From: an uncultured bacterium
GTDB lineage: Bacteria; Babelota; Babeliae; Babelales; Babelaceae
NCBI GenBank assembly: GCA_963848965.1
Contig: CAWKFG010000004.1
Span: forward strand, 448,001-512,000
Reading direction: 5' to 3'
Length of the DNA: 64,000 nucleotides
The notes under the pieces were generated by a model that did no database searches, had not been told where the DNA came from, and saw only the letters and a program-made list of their open reading frames with translations. Position 1 is the first letter of the stretch, and every line of letters begins with the position of its first letter. Position numbers and translations under genes: made by a program. Below, piece by piece: positions 40,514 through 51,375 of the stretch.

Positions 40514-42655
40514 ATGAAAACAATACATATAGTATATACCTTATTAACACTTTTGCTTGTTTGTCCTCTACAGGCAATGGAGCATACCTCATTAAAGCAC
40601 CTTAATACTCTTCTTATTCAAGCATGTATAAGGGGATTTAAAGAAGAGGCAAACAGTCTTATCAACTTGGGAGCTGATATAAATCAGTGCGACGCTCAAC
40701 GTGGGTTTCCCCTTATGTGCGCAGCACATTTTGGACACACCGAACTTGTAAAATTTCTTTTGTTAAAAAAAGTAGATGTCAATACTACATTTAAAGGTCT
40801 TAATGCACTTACTTACGCAATAGTTGGCACCACCTATCTTCAAAAAGATAAACATATACCTTCTGATAGAGCAGAAGAAATAATGCTAGAAATAGTGGAA
40901 ATGCTTATTAATGCAGGTATTAATGTAAGACTTTATAATGAAGATAATACAACAGCTCTTCATTATGCAACACACTATGGAACTGCACGTATTGCACAAG
41001 TACTTATAAATGCTGGCGCAGAAGTTAACATACAAACAAAGCAACTAAAACTTACTCCCTTAATGGAAGCAGTAATATCAGGACATGTAGATACGGTTAA
41101 AGTACTACTCAAGGCAGGAGCATCCCTTGAGGCAGTAACCTTATCTGGTAAAACGGCCTTAGATATAGCTCATTTTGAAAAGCATAAGGATATCGCTGAT
41201 CTTTTAAGACAGGTAAGTCAACAAGGAATGGGGCATATACTTGGAGAAAGAGAAGTACAACATCTTGAGAAACAGTGCATGACATGCAAAAAAGAACCGT
41301 GTTCTTTACTATGTAGTATTTGTAAAAATGCCTATTACTGTTGCAGGAGTTGCCAAGTTAAACATTGGGCTATTCATAAAGCTATCTGTAAAAGACAGGA
41401 TTCTGTACATACTTCATCTTGTATGCCTCACTCTAGCGATTCTACAAAAAATATCACAGAGTATAAACAACAGTTTTTTCAAGCAGCACTCGACGGCAAT
41501 GAACAAGCTATAAAGACGCTCTTTACCAAAGTAAATATCAATGCACAGGATAAAAAAGGGCGTACTGCTCTTTATTTAGCGGTAAAAAATAATCATTATT
41601 CATTAGTTACATTTCTTTTTGAAGCAGGAGCATCTATAGAAATGGGTACCAACAAATGTAATGTGACACCCCTTATGAAAGCATTAAAAGAAGGCTATGA
41701 AAAAATTGCGCTTTTTTTACTAGAGAAAGGAGCCCGGATAAACGCCACAGATATTTATGGTACAACTATGCTTCATTGTGCTGCAAAGGGTGGCTGCCAA
41801 GACGTTATCTCACTACTTATAAAAATGGGTCTCACGAGCAATGCCACTACCATAGAAGGTATCTCAGCCTTAGCGTGTGCTACAAGAAGTAATTCTTTGG
41901 GTATTATAAGTAGGCTTGTGGCAGCAGGCGCTCATCTTACTATTGAGCAAATAGTAGAACATGCTTTTACTAGAAATGAACAGAAGCTAAGCAATAAGGT
42001 AGAAAAGATATTTGGTGATACAACAACTGGTATACAGCTTAAAGAAACTATCCAGAAAGATTTTTCTCAAGCAAAAAATCATGTGTTTAACACTATGCAT
42101 AAAGATGCTTTAGAATTTATAAAGATGTTAAGCAATTATCATATTCAAACCTATCTTAAAGATCCGCATGCTCACTACAATTCTCTTGCTTCTACTGTAT
42201 ACAAGGAGTGCTTTAACCAAACAGTACTAATATGGGCATGTGCTCTAGGCCATAGTGAAGTTGTAGAAACTGTTTTAGGAAGAGCGCCCTCTTATGAATT
42301 TGTTCATGCACAAGATACTTATGGCAGAACTGCTCTTATATACGCGATTATGTGTGGTTACGATACTATTGTTGATGCATTATTAAGTATTGTACATTAC
42401 TTACCAGAACATCTTAATATTCAAGACAAAAAAGGTAATACTGCACTTATGTATGCAACTGCACAAGGAAACTTTAGTTTATCACGAAGACTTATACGAA
42501 CGGGAGCGCTCTTTGCTCCCGGTGATATTGAACGTGTCATACAACTTGCCACAAAACCAGAAGTACAAAAGATGCTTAATTCTTTTCTTGTACTTTCTCA
42601 GTTGCACATGCTTTATAATACGAAAAATACGCACAGACAACCCTTTTCTCTATAA
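40514..42655 (+). CDS. Secreted ankyrin-repeat protein with MYND zinc finger
   Basis: Ankyrin repeats flanking CxxC..CxxC....YCxxxCQ..HW..H...C. Confidence 0.9.
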   Translation: MKTIHIVYTLLTLLLVCPLQAMEHTSLKHLNTLLIQACIRGFKEEANSLINLGADINQCDAQRGFPLMCAAHFGHTELVKFLLLKKVDVNTTFKGLNALTYAIVGTTYLQKDKHIPSDRAEEIMLEIVEMLINAGINVRLYNEDNTTALHYATHYGTARIAQVLINAGAEVNIQTKQLKLTPLMEAVISGHVDTVKVLLKAGASLEAVTLSGKTALDIAHFEKHKDIADLLRQVSQQGMGHILGEREVQHLEKQCMTCKKEPCSLLCSICKNAYYCCRSCQVKHWAIHKAICKRQDSVHTSSCMPHSSDSTKNITEYKQQFFQAALDGNEQAIKTLFTKVNINAQDKKGRTALYLAVKNNHYSLVTFLFEAGASIEMGTNKCNVTPLMKALKEGYEKIALFLLEKGARINATDIYGTTMLHCAAKGGCQDVISLLIKMGLTSNATTIEGISALACATRSNSLGIISRLVAAGAHLTIEQIVEHAFTRNEQKLSNKVEKIFGDTTTGIQLKETIQKDFSQAKNHVFNTMHKDALEFIKMLSNYHIQTYLKDPHAHYNSLASTVYKECFNQTVLIWACALGHSEVVETVLGRAPSYEFVHAQDTYGRTALIYAIMCGYDTIVDALLSIVHYLPEHLNIQDKKGNTALMYATAQGNFSLSRRLIRTGALFAPGDIERVIQLATKPEVQKMLNSFLVLSQLHMLYNTKNTHRQPFSL

Positions 42656-42676
42656 CTCTATGATAAAGGATTCCCT

Positions 42677-43069
42677 ATGAGTATAAAAAAAATGTTATCG
42701 AGTATCCTTATAGCTTGTGCCATATCTACTATACAGGCCATGGAAAAAGATGAAAAACAATCGTTAAAAAAAGAAAAGCAGGCTGAACGCCCTGCGCGAC
42801 AAGATTTTGCAGATATTATCTGGAAGCTCTTACAAGATTCAGTAATAAATTCTTTAAGCATTCTTTACTCAAAAGCAAAACAACAGCACACATCAAGCGC
42901 TTTAGCTTTATATGAATTTTTTAAAGCAGTTCAAGGAAAACATAAAGTAAGTAATGCAAGTATAGGGATTTTAAGAGACTATGGCCTAAGCGATGGTTAT
43001 GGTACTATTCATCCAGATATAGCAGAAATAGCTCGTAACGTTCGGTTTGCCGATGATCAAAAAGAGTAG
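42677..43069 (+). CDS. Small secreted hypothetical protein
   Basis: Signal peptide ..IQAMEK. Confidence 0.65.
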   Translation: MSIKKMLSSILIACAISTIQAMEKDEKQSLKKEKQAERPARQDFADIIWKLLQDSVINSLSILYSKAKQQHTSSALALYEFFKAVQGKHKVSNASIGILRDYGLSDGYGTIHPDIAEIARNVRFADDQKE

Positions 43070-43214
43070 TTTTACCTGATCGATAAAAGCATCTGGGGTA
43101 TCTATCATTTATAGCTCGCAATGACTCTAGCTTATAATAAATGCAAATTTTTGCTATAATTAACTGTGTATTATAAGAAAATTTTCTATACCTTTTTATT
43201 CTGATAGTTATACT

Positions 43215-45089
43215 ATGGCAAAAATTAAACAGCTATCTTCAGTTGAAGCACAAAAGATTGCTGCAGGTGAAGTTGTAGAACGACCTGCTAATGTTGTTAA
43301 AGAGCTTGTTGAAAACTCTTTAGATGCAAAAGCTACTGCTATTACTCTCTATATTGAAGATGGTGGCAAGCAGCTCATTCGCATTATTGATAATGGGTAC
43401 GGTATGGATGCAGAAGATGCTCGTATGAGTATAAAGCACCATGCAACAAGTAAAATTATTTCGGTAGATGACTTAGAAACTTTAGCAACATTTGGCTTTC
43501 GTGGAGAAGCACTTTCAAGCATCTCGGCTGTAAGCAAAGTTTCTCTTACAACCAAAGAAACAGATGCACAAACAGGTATCTGTCTTGAAATTGAAGCAGG
43601 TACTGTAGTAAAAGAAGAAGTAATTGCAGGCAATGCAGGGACAGATATCGCTATTGTAGACCTTTTTTATAATGTTCCTGCACGGAAAAAGTTTTTAAAA
43701 ACAAAAGAGACCGAATGGCGCGCTATTGTACAACTTTTTTCTGCCTTTTGTCTTGATTATCCACAGATACATTTTAAACTTTATCATGATGGAAAATTAG
43801 TACATAATTTTCCAAGCGCAACCGATTTGAGCATGCGATTAGCCCAAATGTATGAAAAGGCACTTACACAGCATATGCTTTCAGTAGATATCAAAGATGA
43901 TAAGATGAATTTGAGCATTAAGGGCGCTATTTCTACACCACAGTACCACAGGTATGACCGCAATCAGCTTTTCTTTTTCGTCAATCAACGATGGGTAAAA
44001 AATCATAAACTCTCACAAGCCTTGTTACGTGGCTACCAAAATATCTTACAAACAGACCGGTTCCCTGTTGCCTTTATTTTCATCTTGCTTGATACCGATG
44101 CTGTTGATATCAATATTCATCCACGCAAAGAAGAAGTACAATTTTTGCATCCTCGAATTGTAGAGAGCCTTTTAGAAGCAGGAGTGAAAAAACGGCTTGA
44201 AGAGCATTTTTCTCACACTCTTGGAGCCTCACCGCTTATAAAAAGTACTTTCAGTATACCACAATCTCCCTTTTCAAAACCTCTTGAATATACCTCTCAA
44301 GAAGCAAAGCAGTTAAAAACTGCTGCAGAACAAGCTCAAGATGAAAAGGCATTTTTAGAAATACTTGAAAAAAGCTTTGCAACAGAGCCATTTTCTCCAG
44401 CAACTACTCAGTTGGCTGCGCAGTCATCTGCGTCACAAGCTATAGCACAACAATCAATAGCCCAAACAACGCTCGCTCAATTACCTCATGAGGAAGTTCA
44501 CAGACTTCAGTATCGATTACTTGGTCAAACACTTTTAACATATATTCTTCTAGAAACTTCAGAAGGACTTGTGCTTATTGACCAACATGCTGCACATGAA
44601 CGTATACTATACGAAAGGCTTAAAAAGAATTTTTCTCAAGTTCCTCAAATAAAGCTTTTATTTCCAGAAATTATTACTCTTTCTACACATGATATTACTA
44701 CTTTAGACCCTTATTTTGAGCTTTTTAAACAGTTTGGAGTAAGCATTGAACAACTGAGTCCTACAGAACTTGTCGTTCAAGAAACACCAGTGTTTTTAAA
44801 GAATCAAAAGCTTGATGACCTGGTAAAGCAGGCTCTTGGATGGATCCATGAAGCTCAGCATATTGAGCCTGCACAGCTAAAAAAAACTATGCAAGAAAAA
44901 TTGCATGCACAGCTCAGCTGTAAAGCTGCAGTAAAAGCAGGTGATGAACTTTCTCATGCAAGTATGCATGAACTTATTAAAGATTTATACGCTAGTGAAA
45001 ATAAACTCACCTGCCCTCATGGCCGCCCTACCGTATGGTCACTCACTAAGGCAGAAATAGAAAAGAAATTTAAAAGAGACTATAGATAA
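43215..45089 (+). CDS. mutL: DNA mismatch repair endonuclease MutL
   Basis: IAAGEVVERP, GFRGEAL, DQHAAHER, SCK.AVK, CPHGRP. Confidence 0.97.
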   Translation: MAKIKQLSSVEAQKIAAGEVVERPANVVKELVENSLDAKATAITLYIEDGGKQLIRIIDNGYGMDAEDARMSIKHHATSKIISVDDLETLATFGFRGEALSSISAVSKVSLTTKETDAQTGICLEIEAGTVVKEEVIAGNAGTDIAIVDLFYNVPARKKFLKTKETEWRAIVQLFSAFCLDYPQIHFKLYHDGKLVHNFPSATDLSMRLAQMYEKALTQHMLSVDIKDDKMNLSIKGAISTPQYHRYDRNQLFFFVNQRWVKNHKLSQALLRGYQNILQTDRFPVAFIFILLDTDAVDINIHPRKEEVQFLHPRIVESLLEAGVKKRLEEHFSHTLGASPLIKSTFSIPQSPFSKPLEYTSQEAKQLKTAAEQAQDEKAFLEILEKSFATEPFSPATTQLAAQSSASQAIAQQSIAQTTLAQLPHEEVHRLQYRLLGQTLLTYILLETSEGLVLIDQHAAHERILYERLKKNFSQVPQIKLLFPEIITLSTHDITTLDPYFELFKQFGVSIEQLSPTELVVQETPVFLKNQKLDDLVKQALGWIHEAQHIEPAQLKKTMQEKLHAQLSCKAAVKAGDELSHASMHELIKDLYASENKLTCPHGRPTVWSLTKAEIEKKFKRDYR

Positions 45090-45091
45090 AC

Positions 45092-45862
45092 ATGAATACA
45101 GAAAAAAAGCTTGATCTTATTATTGCAACAATAAAAGGAGATGTAAAAGCTGTTAAAGAGCTTATTGCACAAACAGTTCCTGTAGATGCTCATGACACTG
45201 ATGGCAATACTGCACTTACGCATGCAGCACGTGAAAACAATAAGCCTATAGCTCGTTTGCTTTTACAAGCTGGAGCTGACCCTAATAGTAAAAATAGTTA
45301 TGGACATACCCCTTTTGCTTTTGCACTTCACCACAAGGATCGCACACTTTTTAAAGAAATGGAAAAAGCAGGTGGAGATCTTACAGTATGCCCTTATATA
45401 CTCATTTGTGCCATAGAAGGAAATCATAGTAGGCTCATTACCTCTTTGATAAAAGAGCCGCATACTCTTTTGCAACGTGATCAAGATGGAGCTACCCCAT
45501 TGTTTGTTGCATGCGATCTTGGCGATAGCACAATCGTTAAAAAGTTATTACGAGCAAAAGCTCCTCTTAATGATCAAGATAAAGAGGGCAATACACCTCT
45601 TATAATAGCTATAATTCGCTATAAACTAGAGGTTATTAAGCTTCTTCTTTCTGCAGGCGCTAATCCTCACATAGCTAATAAAGAGGGAATGACTGCGCTT
45701 GATATAGCTGCAACCGAAAGTAAAGAGATGGTAGAACTGCTTTTACAACATTGCTCATATACCACTATTGAAAAAAAGAGAGCGCTTACACACGCTCTTA
45801 AAACTAACTATAAAGAAGCACGAAAAGCTAGCAAACTTCTAGAATCAGTAATTGGACAGTAG
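45092..45862 (+). CDS. Ankyrin-repeat protein (no signal peptide)
   Basis: GNTAL/GHTP/GATPL/GNTPL repeats. Confidence 0.9.
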   Translation: MNTEKKLDLIIATIKGDVKAVKELIAQTVPVDAHDTDGNTALTHAARENNKPIARLLLQAGADPNSKNSYGHTPFAFALHHKDRTLFKEMEKAGGDLTVCPYILICAIEGNHSRLITSLIKEPHTLLQRDQDGATPLFVACDLGDSTIVKKLLRAKAPLNDQDKEGNTPLIIAIIRYKLEVIKLLLSAGANPHIANKEGMTALDIAATESKEMVELLLQHCSYTTIEKKRALTHALKTNYKEARKASKLLESVIGQ

Positions 45863-45935
45863 TGTTACTGCATGCTGTATATTAAAATGTACACAGATTT
45901 TCGTATCAGAGAAGTTACTATGCACTTATACCCTC

Positions 45936-46142
45936 TTAACGCAATTTCATTAACCAATAACGAACGAGTAAAGTAAGTGGCGGTAAACGCCGTAAGCCTA
46001 AACCGTAATTGATAAGAATAAAACCGAGTACAACTTGTAATACAGAAGCTATAAAAGGACTTATACCCCATATAACAAGAAGTGCTCCTCCTATAATAGC
46101 AAGCCAACTAATAATAGTGTCTGACTGACGATAACGACTCAT
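45936..46142 (-). CDS. Small membrane protein
   Basis: AAGGA RBS; two short hydrophobic helices. Confidence 0.5.
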   Translation of the reverse strand: MSRYRQSDTIISWLAIIGGALLVIWGISPFIASVLQVVLGFILINYGLGLRRLPPLTLLVRYWLMKLR

Positions 46143-46341
46143 AACATCCTTTAAAAAGAGATACAATAATAGCTTCCTTGAGTTTAATAGCACATTGAAA
46201 AATAGCAAGGCCTCTTCACTCAAGCATAGATAAAAATGTGCTTTTATGCTATATTAATTAGTATAATAGAATTATATACCATAACGCTCTACTAGTAAAT
46301 ATTCTCAAAAGAAAGGCAGCATACTCGATGCTGAAAAAGTA

Positions 46342-47472
46342 ATGGAACCACTCGCTTCAAAAATACGACCTAAAACGCTTGATCAGTTTATTGGCCAAGA
46401 ACATTTAGTTGGTCCTGGAAAGCCACTTAGAAGAGCTATTGAAAACAAGTATATGTTTAGTTTTATCTTATGGGGCCCTCCAGGAGTTGGCAAGACTACT
46501 TTAGCTCGTATTTATGCACAATCTTTAGATGCTGCTTATTATGAACTTTCTGCAGTATCAGCAAGCAAAGAGGACATTAGAAAGATTATTGAAAGCAAAG
46601 AAGAACAACCTAAAGTGCTGTTTCTAGATGAAATTCATAGATTCAATAAAGCACAACAAGACTTTTTGTTGCCCTATGTTGAATCAGGAGAGTTAACGCT
46701 CATTGGTGCAACAACTGAAAATCCAAGCTTTGAAGTTATACCTGCCCTTCTTTCTCGCTGCCAAGTATTTGTGCTAAAAGAGTTATCTGAGCATGAGCTG
46801 TTTACGATTATCGATCGCAGCGGTTTTACACTGAGTGATGATGTTAAAGAGTATATTGTAAGAGTAGCAAATGGTGATGCTCGACAAGCACTTTCTCTAT
46901 TAGAAAAAACCGCTCAACTGTACGATACTATTACCTTGGAGACCATACAAAGTACCTTACAAAGCGCTCACTTGCGCTACGATAAAAAGACGGAAGAGCA
47001 TTATAACACTATCTCAGCATTTATTAAATCTATGCGAGCATCACAACCTGATGCAGCCTTGTATTATCTTGCTCGTATGGTTGAAGCAGGTGAAGATCCT
47101 AAATTTATAGCACGTCGTATGGTTATCTTTGCCTCTGAAGATATTGGCCTTAAAGATCCACAAGCCTTAACTCTTGCTAATGCTGCATTTAGAGCAGTTG
47201 AGATACTGGGTTATCCTGAATGTGCAATAAACTTAGCACATGTAGTATGCTATCTTTCTTACGCTCCAAAAACAAAAGCATCTTACTATGCTTATTTTAA
47301 AGCTGTCGATGATGTTAAAAAGTATGGTAACCTTCCTATTCCAATGAACATCAGAAATGCACCTACGAAGCTTATGAAAGAGCTAGGATATGGCAAAGGA
47401 TACGAAAAGTATACTCGAGAAGACTTATTGCCCGAGAAATTAAAGGGTAAGAAGTATCTTACTGAAGAGTAA
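46342..47472 (+). CDS. rarA: Replication-associated recombination protein A
   Basis: PLA...[40 protein letters not shown]. Confidence 0.95.
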   Translation: MEPLASKIRPKTLDQFIGQEHLVGPGKPLRRAIENKYMFSFILWGPPGVGKTTLARIYAQSLDAAYYELSAVSASKEDIRKIIESKEEQPKVLFLDEIHRFNKAQQDFLLPYVESGELTLIGATTENPSFEVIPALLSRCQVFVLKELSEHELFTIIDRSGFTLSDDVKEYIVRVANGDARQALSLLEKTAQLYDTITLETIQSTLQSAHLRYDKKTEEHYNTISAFIKSMRASQPDAALYYLARMVEAGEDPKFIARRMVIFASEDIGLKDPQALTLANAAFRAVEILGYPECAINLAHVVCYLSYAPKTKASYYAYFKAVDDVKKYGNLPIPMNIRNAPTKLMKELGYGKGYEKYTREDLLPEKLKGKKYLTEE

Positions 47473-47729
47473 CTCATTGTCATATACCAAAATCCTCTGA
47501 AATCTATCTCACAATCTTGACTTTAACGCGCTATACAGTATTCTTATAAAGATATTATTTCTCTTAATTTCCCTCTTATATGTTCATTGGAGGCGTTGTA
47601 TGAAAGTTCTTACTTACATCATCTAAATTGCTAACAAAGAGTTCTTAACTCTGGGCCTTAGCATATTCTTATTATTTTCTATACATCCCTTTAGGGATAA
47701 GTAATCTTTATAGCATTAAAGGATATTCA

Positions 47730-48557
47730 ATGCATTATGCTTTTTGCATACAGGCATCTTTATGCCTTTGCATAACAACCTTTGCACTAGAAGGTTCTGA
47801 ACTTCAACATACAGAAAGACCAAAAACAATGAACAATCAAAAAGAACAACTATCACAGTGGCTCACACATATTCAAAAAACAACTTTCTATCACGGATCA
47901 TTTACAGCTCAAGATACATCTGGCACTACTATTACCTTAGAATGGGAACGAATCGACGGACAGTCTGCAAAACTTACGCAAAAGGTTAAAAGTTTTGCAG
48001 AGATTTTTGCTCACACGTATACAAAGCAGGAGATAGAATTTGCCCGAAAGCATCCAGAAAGAGTCGTACATGAGCACTTTCTAAAAGTGCTCGAACCTCT
48101 TTTTAAAAATGGTAACGATAAAGTAGATTGGAAACAAGCAGAAGAACAACTCTTAGCGCTCTTCAGACAAGTTTTTACAACTACAGATTTTGCCCAGTTT
48201 TCAGGTTCTGACGATATTCATCTATTTGTTATAGCAAAAGAAAAAGAGATTCCTCTTGGAATAATTCAATTTCTTATTACACCTGAATATGCTTATGGTA
48301 CTATCAAAGCTGGCTACTTTGGTATAGAAGCAACTGCACACAATCGAGAGTTAGAAAAAGAGCTTATGGGCTCAATCTTTAAAATACTTCCCGAAACTCA
48401 GCGTATTTTCCTACATACTCGTTCAACGCATAAAAAAGCTCTTAGTATGTATCAATCTTGGGGCTTTAAAGAAGTTCAAGGTCCGTTACCTTATTGGACT
48501 GATTTAGAATACTCTACAGCACATTCTTCTCAATTACAAAAACAACTTGGAGAATAA
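47730..48557 (+). CDS. GNAT-family acetyltransferase-like protein
   Basis: C-terminal I.L.TR.T...A..MY.SWGF; the acetyl-CoA motif looks degenerate (HNRELE). Confidence 0.6.
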   Translation: MHYAFCIQASLCLCITTFALEGSELQHTERPKTMNNQKEQLSQWLTHIQKTTFYHGSFTAQDTSGTTITLEWERIDGQSAKLTQKVKSFAEIFAHTYTKQEIEFARKHPERVVHEHFLKVLEPLFKNGNDKVDWKQAEEQLLALFRQVFTTTDFAQFSGSDDIHLFVIAKEKEIPLGIIQFLITPEYAYGTIKAGYFGIEATAHNRELEKELMGSIFKILPETQRIFLHTRSTHKKALSMYQSWGFKEVQGPLPYWTDLEYSTAHSSQLQKQLGE

Positions 48558-48645
48558 ACTAAATTCTTTGTAGAGCAGCTATAAGCTGCTCTACTTTCTG
48601 CTATACTAGATAAAAACTCTTTACCAATTTTGCAAAGATATAACT

Positions 48646-49242
48646 ATGCACCACCCTCTTCTACATGAACAAGATCAACAGATTTTGTATGATGCTTTAC
48701 ATTACATGAAAGTTTCGGAACTGAAAAGTTGTTGCCAGAGCCTTAGATTGCCTGATGTAGGAAAAAAAGGCGAACTAATACAAAGAATTATGAACTTTAT
48801 TAAGACCGGTACAATAAAAGAACAACAACAAATACCACCTTCATCACATGCAAAGCACCATCTCCCTCAGCCTATTTCCAAGCATGCACTCATGCTCTAT
48901 GTAAGCTACAAAAACGACACAGAAACTCGTATATTTTTCAAATCGCTTATTGGGCCTCATTTTCATTTTACCGCCTTTGGTATTGACTGGCTTAACGAAA
49001 GGTGGCAACAAGGCAATCCTCCTACATACCAAGAATTTGCTGATTTCTGGATCACAGAGACTGAAAGACGTAAGCATACGAAAGCAGAACCAAAAAAAGA
49101 ATGGGCTTATATCAACTTTCTCCAACAAAACAATGAACTCTCTGCATCAGAAGCAATTCTTGCATGGAAAAAGTTGCGTGCTCAGAAAGCACTTCTTGCA
49201 AGAACTATTATTACTACTCTTACAGCACAAATAGTTACCTAA
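48646..49242 (+). CDS. SAP-like + DUF6434 domain protein
   Basis: ELK..C..L.L...GKK.ELI.RI; R.FF...IG..F.F; PTY. Confidence 0.65.
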   Translation: MHHPLLHEQDQQILYDALHYMKVSELKSCCQSLRLPDVGKKGELIQRIMNFIKTGTIKEQQQIPPSSHAKHHLPQPISKHALMLYVSYKNDTETRIFFKSLIGPHFHFTAFGIDWLNERWQQGNPPTYQEFADFWITETERRKHTKAEPKKEWAYINFLQQNNELSASEAILAWKKLRAQKALLARTIITTLTAQIVT

Positions 49243-49410
49243 ACTTCAAAAACGCTTAAGAGCCTTTCTAATACATGGTAAACCCAGGCAAACCTTTTCT
49301 ATTTTCTTATATATGACTTTCTTCTACATCTAATTTACGATAGACAAAAAACATATTTTTGATATTATGAAAAATATGTTTTATTATAAAATAAAAATTA
49401 AGGAAGCTAT

Positions 49411-50685
49411 ATGTTGTATATATTTTTTATTTTTTCTCTTTTTTATTGCTCTTTCCAATTGCAGTGTATGGAGCAGAGCACTAATACACTATCTTCAGAA
49501 TCTTTATCAAAGAAGCAAATGGACACCTTACTTATAGAAGCAGCACAGCTTAAAGATCTTACTGAAATTGAAGACTTTCTTCTAACAAAACTAAAAGGCA
49601 ACAAAACTCTCTATGAGCAAAGAGGCTATACGGCTTTAATGTGGGCTACATGGAATGGCTATACCGAGTTAGTAAAACTACTATTAAGTAAAGGTGATGA
49701 TCCTAATAAAAAAAGCAAAGAAGGCGCTTGGACTCCTTTATTATATGCAACACAAAAAGGCCATAAAGATATCATAGAGTTACTTTTAGCTCATGGAGCC
49801 GATGTTAATACTCAAGACAAATCTGGCAAAGCTGCTTTAATGCTTGTTGCTTATAAAGGTTATAAAGATATTGTAGAGCTACTTTTAGCCTATGGAGCTG
49901 ATGTTAATACCAAAGATAAGAACTGGGAAACAGCCTTAATGTATGCTTCACTATTCAACCATAAAGAAGTTGTGGAGCTCCTCATTAATCATAATGCTCC
50001 CATAAATTCTCTCGACTGTTATGGTGGTACTGCTTTAAGTAAAGCAGCCCAAAACAAACATAAAGAAATAGCTGCATTTCTTATAAGCAAAGGAGCAGAT
50101 GCTAATGCTAACGTACATGATAACGTCGCACATGGCTTTACCGCTCTAGATTATGCTCGCATAAAGGAATGCAAGGAACTTATTCATCTTTTAGAGTTAT
50201 GCAATGATGCTGAAGTACAAGCATATCTTAAAGATCCTCAAGGATATGCTGAAAAAAAACAGTATGTCACTGATACCGTAACAACACTTATGCTCGCATG
50301 TGCCTTTGGTCATACTAACATTATCTCCTACTACAAAAATCACCCTTCCGAGTATATTAATGCACAAGATAGTAATGGCTACACAGCCTTTGACTATGCT
50401 TTACACTTTAACAAAAGAAGCGCTGCTACACTTATTCATACTTTTGGAAATAAAATTGATAAAGTAAAAAATAACAAACAAGAACTTCTTAAAGATGCAA
50501 TAGAACAAAAAGATGTAGGATTAATTACAGCTCTTTTAAATGCGGGAGCAGCACCTCTAGGAATAGCTCAAACCCAAGAAGCTGGATTTTTAAATATTCT
50601 ACCAAAAGATATTTTTGCTTATCTTCTTCTCTTTTTAAACAGCACAACAAAACCAAAAGATAAACCTCAGAACTCTCCTGAATAA
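49411..50685 (+). CDS. Secreted ankyrin-repeat protein
   Basis: Signal peptide ..QCMEQ; multiple ankyrin repeats. Confidence 0.9.
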   Translation: MLYIFFIFSLFYCSFQLQCMEQSTNTLSSESLSKKQMDTLLIEAAQLKDLTEIEDFLLTKLKGNKTLYEQRGYTALMWATWNGYTELVKLLLSKGDDPNKKSKEGAWTPLLYATQKGHKDIIELLLAHGADVNTQDKSGKAALMLVAYKGYKDIVELLLAYGADVNTKDKNWETALMYASLFNHKEVVELLINHNAPINSLDCYGGTALSKAAQNKHKEIAAFLISKGADANANVHDNVAHGFTALDYARIKECKELIHLLELCNDAEVQAYLKDPQGYAEKKQYVTDTVTTLMLACAFGHTNIISYYKNHPSEYINAQDSNGYTAFDYALHFNKRSAATLIHTFGNKIDKVKNNKQELLKDAIEQKDVGLITALLNAGAAPLGIAQTQEAGFLNILPKDIFAYLLLFLNSTTKPKDKPQNSPE

Positions 50686-50743
50686 CTATAAGCGAGGCCA
50701 CTATTTTATTAGTGGCCTCAATTTAAGCTATAATTCACTTTTA

Positions 50744-50827
50744 AGTCTGATTTTTATACATATTACCACAAAACTTACCCTGATTTTTATACATAATTGA
50801 CCAAAACTTAGTCTGTTTTTTATACAT
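50744..50827 (+). repeat. Three direct repeats with 33-bp period (operator-like)
   Basis: ctg(a/t)tttttatacat units starting at 50744, 50777 and 50810. Confidence 0.85.
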
Positions 50828-50838
50828 GAAGGGATTCA

Positions 50839-51219
50839 ATGAAGAGAATAATAGACTCTTTTTTAATGGATTGGAAAAATCAAGGAAATAGAAAGCCTTT
50901 ACTCTTAAGAGGAGCCCGACAAGTTGGCAAAACTCATGCAGCAAGAAAACTTGGACGATCTTTTCCTCATTTTGTCGAAATCAACTTAGAGTCAAATGAA
51001 GCTGCCCGAAAAATTATTGAAAAAGATCTGGATATTGATCGTATTATTTGCAACTTTCTGAACTGTTACAACTCTCCCTATGGAATACGATTTTGGGCAC
51101 ACAATGAAGAAATTCAAAGTAAAATACATTTATATCCTTTATACGTTATAGCCAAGCCATTACTTGACGGTAATGGACATATGCATAAAGCTATAAAGAG
51201 CTTGGTAAATAGCATCTAA
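50839..51219 (+). pseudogene. Internally deleted AAA+/DUF4143 gene
   Basis: RKPLLLRGARQVGKT N-terminus joined to a short ..YPLY.I tail; no Walker B; 126 aa versus 457 aa for the paralogue. Confidence 0.75.
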
Positions 51220-51375
51220 TATATAATGATCAGAGCATATCAAATTTGAAAACAAGTCTTAAAATCATAATTACCCAGCAAAGCAAGTAATAATCCTATC
51301 AGAGCCTAAGCAGCTTGACACATTACAAATCTTGTGAAAAACTAATATTAGTCATTTTATAATTGAAAGGTATTT

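Noticed and set aside
50744..50827. Mini CRISPR array
   Set aside because: Repeats of about 18 bp with 15-bp similar spacers are too short, and no cas genes are present
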